In this document: positions 1-11,029 of the stretch, piece by piece
Layout: each line of letters opens with the position of its first letter
How positions within the stretch are numbered: the first letter of the stretch is position 1
DNA from: Selaginella moellendorffii
Taxonomy: Eukaryota; Plantae; Lycopodiophyta
Direction: 5' to 3'
Length of the DNA: 64,000 nt
Assembly (NCBI RefSeq): GCF_000143415.4
Contig: NW_003314277.1
Span: 679,878-743,877 of the forward strand
Made by a program: the position numbers and the translations under genes
Notes under the pieces: generated by a model
The model's database searches: none
Seen by the model: the letters and a program-made list of their open reading frames with translations, nothing else
What the model was told of the DNA's origin: nothing

Positions 1-1470
1 AGCAAGCCTTCATTGGTAGATCAACTCAAAATTCCAACCTTTTCTAGTGATGGTAGTGTGGACGAATATTTTATTTGGGTAGCCAATGTGAAGAAGTTCT
101 TGGCTACTAGGGGAACTCTGGATGCAAAGGCTTTAGTGGCTATTCTAATAGTTTTGTGTGATACAGATCTCTAGTGGTGGAATTGTTTTGAGGAGTTTCG
201 TGATGCAGATAAGAAACCATTAGTATCTACCATAGATGTGTTTGAGGTTATTTTTCTTTTATGTTTTGCCCCTCATTACGATGTGGAAAATGCTTGTATA
301 GAATTTTGACATTTTCAGCAAGAGAAAATGACGTTCGGGAACTATATTGAGAAGCTTACTCGCTTGATTAGCCATATTCTAATAAAGGATCTAGATCAGA
401 ATTTGTTTTGGTAAATTTTGTTGTGGAGCATGGCCTAGTGACACAAGGAATTCTTTCATATATGGTGGAAGGTGCAACTACCTTTGTTTAGAATTTTGAT
501 GCTTGTGTAGAGGGGTTTGAAGTGTTGGTTGGCAAAACCACACTTGTGGAGACTTTTTATCTCACAAATATCTATTGTGTGGATCTCACTCTTGGGATGC
601 CATAGTTAGTGAAAGTGGATCCAAAAATAAAATGGAGTATTAAGTGTGTCTTATTGGAGTATAATAACATTAAAGATCTGTGGTTTCGAGAGGGAGTTCA
701 ACCTCTAGTTGTTATGCTTTTTGATACATCTTTGAAGCCGGTTTGTCATAATGGAAAAACACTTTTAAGTTACTTACTGTTTGTTTGTGACATGGGGGAC
801 TAAGGCACATGTGGGAGAGAAGCAGCAGTATGGGATGTACTCGATGAGTTTTCTGATGTTTTTCCATCTGAACTTCCTCATGGGTTACCTCCCTTATGAG
901 GTGTGGAGCATGGGATTATGTTGGAGCTGGGGATGTGGCCAATTTACCAGTGTCCATTTCGATTAAGTTATGCGAAAGAGCAAGAAGTTCAATGACAAAT
1001 CAAAGAGTTCCTTGAATTTGGATTTATTCAACCAAGTAAATATCTATTTGGTGCTCTAGTCTTGCTTATGAAGAAGAAGGATAATTTAATATGAATGTGT
1101 ATTAACTACCGTGCTTTGAACAAAAGGACAATGAAGGATAAAATGCCAATGCCACGTATGGATGATATTTTAAACAAGCTTGGTGAAGCATAAGGGTTTA
1201 CCAAGATTGATCTAAAAAGTGGGTATTATCAGATTGCAATGGATGATACATCTATCTCCAAAATGGCATTCAATACAAGCTTCGGACATTTTGAGTTTAC
1301 GGTTATGCTGTTTGGTTTGATGAATACACCAGCCACATTTACTTGATTGATGACGTAGGTATTTGGGCATTTATCTTCATGAGTTTATAGATATTTTTTT
1401 GGACGATATTCTTGTTTCTAGCAAGAATATAGAGGACCATAAGGTGTATTTGCACAAGGTTCTTTTGTTA
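1..1470 (+). mobile_element. Degenerate Ty3/gypsy gag and reverse-transcriptase fragments
   Basis: Manual translation gives gag-like KPSLVDQLKIPTFSSDGSVDEY (same family as 28.9-29.2 kb minus) and RT motifs [39 protein letters not shown] and FLDDILV, with stops and frameshifts. Confidence 0.85.
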
Positions 1471-1479
1471 TTCCAAATG

Positions 1480-4320
1480 ACATAGTCCCACAATAGTAAA
1501 TGCAGCTTGATTGGCAGCCCTTTACCCCTAGATCTCGAAAGCTCCAGAAACATGGTACTACTGAAGAACTTGAACTTGAGCGCACAAATGCAAGACACTA
1601 ACCTCAACTCCCAATCATTCTAAAGCAATGCACATTACTCTTGGCACTGACTCTTCAAATTGCCCAGTTGATACGAGAAACTAGCTGACGAGCAATAATC
1701 TTCTTAACCTCTAGCACTGGATTTACTTGTGTAACAACTGGCACCTCCTCCACTCCATGTTCCTTAGGTCTTCTTCAGTATCGTGGAACACAATAGTGGT
1801 CAAACTCTAGATAGTGAGAGCTAGAAGGAATGATGTTGGGCCCATCAAATGTCTATCGATGCTTCATACAGGCTGTCCTCATGTCCCCAAGTGGTTCATA
1901 ACTTGATTCTATAGGAGTTTGAATAACAACTTCCTCCACCATCTTAGACATTGACTTTGCTGTTAGTGTTGTCCTTCTACCAACCTACTCTCGAAGTTTA
2001 TCTAAGTTTGGACCTATATTAGCAAAACTTGTTTCTTGTGTAGTTAAAACTTTTGATGACTGCTTAAGAGATCTAGTGAGGTTGGAGGGTGTAGCTTCAT
2101 AGACTGACATTTTTCCTTTCCCTGCTTTAGAAGTTCTCCAACTCCAATATTTGCTCTCAAAGAGATTAATTATTGGTGTAAGTGCAATGTCATCAAATGG
2201 TTGATTCTAGGAAAAATGAAATATTTGAATGTGACAAGAAAGAAAATAAGAGAAAACTTACATGGAGAATATAATGGCCCCATTGAAACATTCAAACTTC
2301 CCACCATGCAAGCCAGCATTCCATTTGAGGAAGGTGTTCAATTGGCACTTTATCTTTTTCACACCACCATATATGCATCCCATTTGTTTTTGCCTTGTGC
2401 TCCTCTTTAGTTAGTGCATCCATCCATTTCTGATAAAGTTGCTTAAACTTGTGATGGAAGCTAAACTTGATGCATCGGCAATGTTTGTTAACACTCTTTG
2501 CCCAATGAAATACACAACTCTTCTCTCTATCTTGTAATAGTTAACTTTTATCACCTCTAAATACTTGTCACACAGCCAACTAGTTAGCACTAATAGCATC
2601 TACCATGAAACTGTGGAAGTTGGGTTTCTTCCTGGTTCACTGTTCAACAACCTTGGATATACATGTCCAAAAGACGGTTTGAGCTTAAAAATTTTAAATT
2701 TTGAATTCAACTATAGCTATAAGTTGCATTGCAACCTATAGAAGGAATGGTTATAATGTAAATTGGTATGGAATCCTTAAAAAATGAATAACCACTTGTG
2801 ATTATAAACATGGGCTCCTATTGTTGACCAACCTAAAACTCATTCCATGTGGTTGAAATGAATTTAGGAATTAGCCAAGTCCTCGTCTCCATCCATATCC
2901 ATTCACTATACAAGGTCCACACCAGAAGTAGAACCAAGGGTGGACATCTTAAAGATGAAAGGGTGTTGACTGTTTAAAGTCACTTGGCCAACAAACAAGC
3001 TCCCATGAATAAACTTATAAGGACATTTTCTTTTTAACTCCAAAATTGCATCCAATCCAAATTAAAGCTTTCCATTTCGCCCTTCTCATATCCAGTTCTT
3101 TATTCTGCCAAAAAAAAGAGTGTTTCTAGTGACAAAGTAGAGTTAAGTATTAATTTTATATCTGTTTAAATTTTTCACGGGTTCTATATTTTGAAGTAGG
3201 TTCTTCAAGTTGTTCTCCATTAACTCTTTTTTGCTATCAGCTTGTAGCAACGTGTTCACCACATAGTCCTTTAGTACAGACTATTGAACACACTTTGGAG
3301 TTGCAATACTTTTCTTCCTAGCCTCTATAATAATAGCAGCCTTCAAATTGCAAAAAGAATCATAGCGAATTCCTTCTTCTATTGCGTGTTGGTGGTATCT
3401 AACATAGACTGCTACTTTGTCTAAACATCCATCCCATGGAAAAAAATAATACATTTTTGCATCGCGACATGCTTGACACACAAGTGTTGCCCCACATTTG
3501 CAACATCTAAACCCTATAACAACCTCATCACGCTTAGGGGGATTGATTGTTGAGCCTTTAAAGAAACATACATTCTTGCCATGATCAGAAATGCATTTCT
3601 TAGTGACACACTGAAGCTATCCACCACAATAAACTATGGACACAGATCTGTTGAAATGGGAAAAGTGGGTCATCTTTACTTTGCATTAATTATGTGGACC
3701 AAGACACATCTCCATGCCCCTCTTCCTACTTGACAAACTGGGTGGTGGAAATTCAAAGAATATATTCCCATTATAGAAAGATAGAATCTCCTCACCTCTT
3801 ATGTACTAGAACTCCTTCAATTCCAACCTTAATGATTGAGATTGCTGAAATGCCTTATCCACCATTTCAAAAACTGGTCCAAAAGGAATGCATCTACTTG
3901 TTTGGGAAGCTATGTTGAGAAGCTCATCTTTTTCACTTTCGTCAATGGAAAGAATAACAACTTCATCTTTCACTCCTTGCACAATTGGCTATGAAACTAA
4001 TGCACTCTCCTCTACTCACTTTGGAGATATTGTAATTAGAATCTCTTGACCTGTACATTTATCAAGATCCCATTGAATCCCATTCTCTCCCACACCAGTA
4101 TTGAGAAGAATGGATTTTTCTATCTGATTACCCTTATCTCAAGAAACATTCTCCAAACTAACTAATCTCAGCTTCAACTTGAATCTTCTGCAGAGGAAGC
4201 TCTTTTCGATAACACTCTTAGAGAAAACAATTGGAAGCTCTTGATCAAACTTCAAATAGAATTCTCTCATATCTTCTCTTTGCTAGAGTAGAAAAAATTT
4301 GGGGAGAAACTAAGAAAACT
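1480..4320 (-). mobile_element. Degenerate Mutator-like (MULE, SWIM-type family) transposase
   Basis: Minus-strand translation gives PFIFKMS, PNFHSFMVDAISAN (second D of DDE), REKSCVFHWAKSVNKH (CxxH), WLAWWE..QWG and NLFESKYWSW (E). The N-terminal part (3250-4310) is homologous in inverted orientation to 59570-60480. Confidence 0.75.
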
Positions 4321-4346
4321 TGTGGACTTTGTTGGGCAGGAAGAAT

Positions 4347-4495
4347 TGTTAGGTGCTAGCTTTGACTATGTGGTCAATGTCGGTCAAAGGGAAGCTCAAG
4401 GGTACATTAAAGCATGTTAGGGTAAGGAACTTAAATTAACCTAGGGCTCACAGTGGAGTGGCAGCGCAATGGAGTTTTTGAGGTAGCTCGGCAGA
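4347..4495 (+). mobile_element. LTR fragment (5' part) of the gypsy family at 29336-29540
   Basis: Begins TGTTAGGTGCTAGC and matches the reverse complement of 29420-29540. Confidence 0.7.
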
Positions 4496-4539
4496 AACCT
4501 CAAAAGGTGTAGTGTAGTCTAGAAAGACTAGATTTGTGC

Positions 4540-5365
4540 TAGATCATAATATGTACATAAGTCATAATCACTACTATGAAGGAATGGCAATATTATCTAT
4601 ATAAATCAAACTTCCATGTGGATTTAAACCATCAATCTCTCCTATAGTTCAGTCGTCAAAAGGATATTTGAAGTTGCCTTACTCATTGGCAATAGTTTCT
4701 ATAGAAGATATTTATTAAAATTTCGATATAAGCATGGAAGTGACAATAAGGTGGCTAATGTATTATCCAAGATGTTGAATTCTATCTTATTCATAAAGCT
4801 ATCCAATGATCTCTTGGATGAGTTTAAAGAGTTTGTTGATTTTGACTCCTTTATCATTATTATTTATGTGAAGATTTTGTCAAGGGATGCCTTTATAGCT
4901 TTGAAGGGTAACAAGTTTGTATCATTTGAGATATAAAATAGAATCATGGTAAAGAGGGATGTGTGATAATTCTTTTATTAGCAAACATATCAAACAAATC
5001 ATAATTGAGTGTCATGATGTGCAAAGTGCTAGGCATCTAGGGGTACTTAAGATATATGTGTTGGTGATGAAGCATTTCTTTTGACTTAGGACGAAATTAA
5101 ATGTTGAGAAGTACATGCATAGTTGTTTGACCTGCCAAATGGTTAAAGTTGATCATTAAAAGTTTGTTGGATTCTATCATCCTCTACATGTATCCAAGAA
5201 TAAATGAAGTAGCATTTTGATGGATATTATTACTAATTTGTCTAAAACCTTTGAGAAAATGATGTTATTTAGGTTGTAGTGGATCATTTGACAAAGATGG
5301 CTCACTTCTTCCTAATGAAGATGACAATTAAATCTTTTGAAATTGCTCAAGTTTTTGTAATCTTG
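4540..5365 (+). mobile_element. Degenerate gypsy RNase H end and integrase N-terminus
   Basis: KEWQYYL, YKHGSDNKVANVLS, the integrase Zn finger (CHD..ARHLG...SCLTCQ) and VVVDHLTKMAHF. Paralogous to 7590-8350. Confidence 0.8.
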
Positions 5366-5510
5366 TAATTAATCTATTAATTATGTCTATGATGTTGTCT
5401 TTACGATATTGTCAAGATAATTATGTCTATGATGTTGTCTTTACGATATATTATTACAATATTCAACAATCTAATTATCAACATTATTATTTAATGATCA
5501 ACTTTAATCT

Positions 5511-6073
5511 TTCCTAGGAGGTCACCCAGCCCAGTATTATTCAAACCCAAGGATGCTTAACAAGACCCTTAACCAATTGGAAAAGGGGGTGCACTTTTGT
5601 TCATGGGCCTTTTCCCTTTATATTTGAACCCCCTATGGATCATCTTTCAAATCGTTCTCTTTAGTTGTTTACAATCCACCACACTTCCCTGCAAATTCAC
5701 GCCCTCGTGAATGGAAGCTGAAAGCCACAGCTTTCTCAAGAGCCCCATTCTCTTGACACTCTACCCCTCAGGTCGAGCCCAGCTGAAGCAAATTGGACCT
5801 GCTAAATGTCAATTAATATGTGGTGTGATTCCCTTAGCCAATTTATAGAGTCGAACCTGAAACCCCTCTAATACCAAATGTAAGCTCTTGAGTTTGGACT
5901 TCCTAGGAGGTCACCCAACCCAATACTATTCAAACCCAAGGACATTTAACCCCAAATATCCCAAAACTCTTAATCAATTGGAAAAAGGGGTGCATTTTTG
6001 TTTATGGGCCCTTTCCTTCTATATTTAAACCCCTATGGATCATCTCTCAAGTTGTTCCCTTTGGTTGCTTACA
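5511..6073 (-). mobile_element. Cassandra-like TRIM (5S rRNA-derived segment in both LTRs)
   Basis: LTR 5879-6073 (TGTAAGC...GCTTACA) and truncated LTR 5511-5673. PBS-like TGGTATTAGAG at 5866-5876 (minus) and purine tract at 5674-5690 (minus). Each LTR carries the reverse complement of the 5S internal control region (GTTAA..CTTGGG..AGTA.T.GG.TGGGTGACCTCCTAGGAAG) at 5896-5950 and 5511-5561. Confidence 0.85.
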
Positions 6074-7560
6074 CATTTCTCACTGAATCCAACCAAGTGC
6101 AAATTTGGTGTCACTAATGGCTATCTTTTTAGTTTTGATGTCTCATTGGAAGGCATTCAAATGCATGCCATCAAGTGCAAAGAGATCCTCAAAGTGATAC
6201 CACCAGCAAACCTCATAAAGCTCCAAAGTTTCCCTGGCCAAACTGGATTCTTTCAACAGTTCATACCAAATTTTGCTGCTCTCACTCGTCCACTGGTATC
6301 TCTACTCAAACATGACACACCCTATGAGTGGACTCCAAAAAAGCAGCAGGAGTTTGAACAGCTTCCTACTGCCTTACACTCAACACTAGTTCTACAACCA
6401 CCACAACTCAGCCAACCTTTCAAGATTTTTGTCACAGTAGGCAATGAGGCTTTTGGCATTTCTTTGTGCTAACATTCCACACTGACTGAACAGCCACACA
6501 CCACATACTTTGCCTCACACTCTTTCATGAGTGTTGAACACAACCTGACAGAAGCTAAGAAGGAAGCAATGGCAATTCCAGCACATACTAGCAGGGAGCA
6601 ATATCCTTTTTCATGTTCAATTTAATGTTCTGACATTTCTTTTACAGCATTCCCTGTATGGTCCACATACTTTATTGTGGATCTCCACAATCCAAGAGAT
6701 CCAACCAAATTTCATCCTCAAGAAGCAATATGTACTTGACCTAGTTAGTTCACAATTGCTGTGACAACAGAGACAACATTTGTGTGGTCAGCAGCCTTGA
6801 AGAACATGGCAAAGTATTTGGAGATAGGCACTTCTCCATCAGACCTTCCCTGCTTGGAACAACATTGTAGCAGCAAGCCTAAGACTATTGCCTCCTCAAT
6901 GGCACACTATACCATCACACTACCCAAGGCCTTCTTCTAGGGTGTGTCACGGCAACTAAGGTTCCTGATCTACTCTAGGCTTTCCACACTTCTGTAAGGC
7001 ATGTCTCTAGCTGCATGACAGCACAACTTCTTCTTCTATAGAAGCTACTTCTGCCACAAGGACACCAAGGAGTATGCATAGTGATGCCTACAATGCCAAC
7101 AACACAACCCTCAGAGTAATATTCCACATCTTCCATTTCAGCTAGTGGTCTCTCTAGGTCCTTTCTTCAAGTGGGGCCTGGATTTTGTCAGCTGATCTCT
7201 CCTCCTAGCTCCATTGGACATCGTTTTCTTCTCATTGTGACAGAATACTTCACCAAATGGATTGAGGCCATTCCCCTCAGGTATGCAGATGAGTACTCAA
7301 CAGCAAAGTTCATTTACAAGCATATCATGTGTCGTTTTGGCATCCCCAAAAAGCTCATCTCTGACAGGGGTGGAGGATTTCTTGGCCAGGTTGTTCAACG
7401 CTTTCTCTAGCTCTTGAAGATTCAACACATCCATAGTAGCAGCTATTTTCCTCAATCCAATGGGCAGGCTGAATCCAACAATAAGATCATGAAGGTAGTT
7501 AGCAAAGTTGGTGGACAGACATCCTTGGAGGTGGCATGAACTTCTCCCCACAGCACTAAG
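6074..7560 (+). mobile_element. Degenerate gypsy pol (RT end, RNase H, integrase), non-chromovirus-like lineage
   Basis: LNPTKCKFG...LQSF.G..GFFQQFIPNFA, PFFKWGLDFV, GHRFLLIVTEYFTKWIEA, CRFGIPKKLISDRG and YFPQSNGQAESNNK. Confidence 0.85.
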
Positions 7561-7589
7561 AGGGGGCAAAAAGAGATGGAGTGAGATAT

Positions 7590-9245
7590 ATGTGAGTGAC
7601 ATTATTATAAGATTATATTGCTTCAAGTTGAGCATACTCTCGTATACATAAGTCATGATTATTATTGTGAAGGAATGGCAACATTATCTATATGGATCAG
7701 ATTTCCATATGGATTTAGACCATCAGTCTCTCTAGTATTTCAGTCATCAAAAATATCTTTGAGGCTATCTTGCTCATTGGCAACAATTTCTACAGAAGAT
7801 ATCTATTAAAATTTGGTACAAGCATGGAAGTGATAATAAGGTGGCTAATGTTAAATTTTATCTTGTTCATGAAGCTATCCAATGATCTCTTGGATGAGTT
7901 TAAGGAATTTGCTGACTTCAACTCCTTTATCACTGTTATTTGTGTGAAGGTCTTGTCCTTTACAAATTTAAAGGGTAACAAATCTGTATCATTCAAGGTA
8001 TAAAATGGAATTATGGTAAAGAAGGGATCCTCTTGTTAAAAAACATATAAAAAAGATCCTGATTGAGTGTCATGATGTGCTAAGTGTTGGGCATCTGGGG
8101 GTACTCAAGATATATGTGTTGGTGAAGAAGTATTTCTTTTGTCTTGGAATGAAATTAGATGTTGAGAAGCACATACATAGTTGTTTGACTTATCAGGCAG
8201 TCAAAGTTGATCATTAGAAGCTTACTAGCTTTTTATCATCTTCTACATGTATATGAGAATAAATGGGATAGCGTTTTGATGGATATTATTACTAGTTTAT
8301 CTAAGATCTTTTGAGAAAATGATATAATTTAGGTTGTGGTGGATCATTTGACGAAGACAATAAAGATGAAAATATCACATGGTAAACCATAAAGATTGAA
8401 TAACTAGATTACAAAAACTTGAGCAAGTTCAAAAGATGTAATTATAAGTGATCTAGATCCTAATTTTATAAGAAAGTTTTGGCAAATAGTTTTTGAGAAG
8501 CTAAAGATTAAGTATGAGTAGTGGTAAGCATCCATAATCATATAGGTAGATAGAGCACATGAATCAATTATTAGAAGATATATTAAGGTCTTCCAATCAA
8601 AGCATATTTCCATTTATAGGAATGTATGGTTATGAGCTCAAGTTTCCCATGAGTTTGAGTTTTCCTTTTGTTTGAGTGCCTTATATTTGTGATTTCTTAA
8701 AGGATATGCAAAACAAGCTTGAGTTGGCAAAGTTGAATATGAGATAAGCTCAAGAACGAGACAAGATTTTGGTTGATGAGCATAGTTTTTATCAAGAGTT
8801 CAAAGTTAGTGACAAAGTTTTCCTTAATCTGTTAGATGCACAATAATCTTTGTGAAAGGAGATGCTAATGCTAAGTTGTCTTTACGATATTGTATGTCTT
8901 GGATAATTTTATAGTGCATGAGGATTTTGCTTACACTTTGGACTTTTTAGTTAGTTTAAATATTCATCCAATGTTTCATATGAGCAAGCTTAAAGCATGT
9001 TTGCACTCTAATGATGTCATAGACCAATCCATCATTCTTGTCTTAAAGATTAATGTTGAGGCTGGTTTAGCCAATATTTTTACTAAAAAATTGGTAAAAA
9101 TATACCACAAGACAACTCAAGAGTTGTTTATTCAATGAAATGGCTATTTTATGGATGAAGTTACATGGGAAATCAAAGATGACATAAAAAGAGTGTTTCT
9201 AAGTTTTGATTATGACTTGAATGACATTTCTAAAAAAGGGTAGAA
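7590..9245 (+). mobile_element. Degenerate chromovirus-type gypsy RNase H, integrase and chromodomain with PPT
   Basis: RH and INT motifs as at 4540-5365, IHPMFHMSKLK, chromodomain-like LFIQ*NGY..DEVTWE near 9120-9170, and purine tract AAAAAAAGGGTAG at about 9232-9243. Confidence 0.75.
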
Positions 9246-10225
9246 TTGAGTTTTATAGCTATATTACTATATGATTTGAACCATTTGCTTTATTCTCATT
9301 CTTTTATTTCCATGATCATATTATTATGTAAGAAAGTTTAAATTTTCTTTCTTTCTTTTATGGTTTTTTGTCACGATATTGGTGTTGTTGTTTGCACATC
9401 TTTTCTCCATGGCCATATTGCATTGAAACCCCTTATCATGAGCCTTATTTAGCTTCTCAAAGCTGTTGTTTGTGGCTAGTTTACTAGGGGAGAATGACAC
9501 AAACCACAAATTTTTTTTAAGAATATACTATAGCCTAGGAGATTTAGGCTGGAATGCTTTAGGGTTAAGAGGCTAGCCTAGGGTTTTGCTCCTTGTTTAT
9601 TTCACTGCTAAGATTCCAAGATCATGAGAAAAATTATTTCATAATAAGCTTGGTATAATAATTTCTTAGACCATAGAATCTTGCACTTGAAAAACCTATT
9701 GTACAGACCTAAAAGCATGCAATAGTTATTTGTCTTCATGGCAATGGATGCTAGAATTTCTCACATTGATATGCCTAAAACTAGGGTTTTTTTTTGCAAT
9801 CCATTGCTAACACATCCATTGGAAGTGTCTCCAAAGGCAGAGCAAAGCAAAATAGGCTAGTCTTCACTTAAGTCTATGCTTTTGCAATTGTCCATACCAA
9901 GATTAATAGATGCTTTGTCACACATGAGCAGTATGCTGGAAGCATTTGTGTCTAGTTTGAAACAAACTCACACCCAAGGCTATGAGGAGGGTACTGAATG
10001 TGTTACTTTTGTGTTTTGCATTTCTTGATTATCCATGCTATGCAAGGGAAAAAATCTTAGAAAGTAAGAGGTCTAGACAGGATCACGTGTATGAGCCCAA
10101 GAATATTTAGAGGAATATATAGTTACAAAATGTTCCATATTAGCTGTTTTTATAGATTAGCTTTTTACCCAAGCTAATTCTTAGTTTATTGTTCAAGTAT
10201 ATAAAGGCATGGTGATCATCCTTAT

Positions 10226-10831
10226 TGTTAGGATCCTATCCTTTAAACCCTAAGCCAATTGGCTAAAAGGGTGATCACTTGATTGTAGGGCCCTTTCTTT
10301 ATCCTATTATCTTGACCTGGTGCTTAACAATCCTCCCCTCGTCAGGGAATGATCGTCCACGATCATACTTAGGCCACCCTCTAGTCACCATATTCCTTCT
10401 CTTAAGATCATATTTAGGCCACCCTCTAGTCACCATATTCCTTCTCTTAAGATCATACTTAGGCCACCCTCTAGTCACCATATTCCTTCTCTTAAGATCA
10501 TACTTAGGCCACCCTCTAGTCACCATATTCCTTCTCTTAAGATCATACTTAGGCCACCCTCTAGTCACCATATTCCTTCTCTTAAGATCATACTTAGGCC
10601 ACCCTCTAGTCACCATATTCCTTCTCTTAAGGTCTACCAAACCTTTGTTCTCCCACGTTAAATATTCCTTCAAAATATTCCTGCCCCACTCGTCAGCCTC
10701 GAGAATCGAACTAGGCTCGAATACCAATGTTAGGATCCTATCCCTTACACCCTAAGTTAACTGGCTAAAGGGGTGATCACTTGATTGTAGGGCCTTTTCT
10801 TTATCCTATTATCTTGACCTGGTGCCTAACA
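10226..10831 (-). mobile_element. TRIM with 104-bp LTRs and an internal 45-bp tandem array
   Basis: LTRs at 10226-10329 and 10728-10831 (TGTTAGG...TAACA). PBS-like TGGTATTCGAGCC next to 10727 (minus) and PPT GAGGGGAGGAT at 10330-10340 (minus). No clear TSD (CTTAT vs GAGAT). Confidence 0.85.
10361..10630. repeat. Six near-identical 45-bp tandem repeats
   Basis: Unit GATCATACTTAGGCCACCCTCTAGTCACCATATTCCTTCTCTTAA x6, with one C>T variant. Confidence 0.97.
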
Positions 10832-11029
10832 GAGATCCATAAGAGACAATGAGTAAGATCCATGAGTAGAGAGTTGAGCATCTAAGCAAGAGATGGAGTC
10901 ATACTTTTTTTCTTTCTTTTTTGAGAGATTTTCTTTCTGTGGGTCTCTGGAGAGCACAACAGTTGTCTAATTTTATGCATTAAGAGCAGGCTGAATAACC
11001 TTGCAAAAAAGAGCCATCAAGACTCATGC

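Noticed and set aside
5896-5950. 5S rRNA gene
   Set aside because: Only about 55 bp of the internal control region is present, diverged and embedded in LTRs.
10279-10755. ORFs with 15-aa repeats on both strands, and a possible CRISPR array
   Set aside because: By-product of a 45-bp head-to-tail array with no unique spacers, inside a TRIM.
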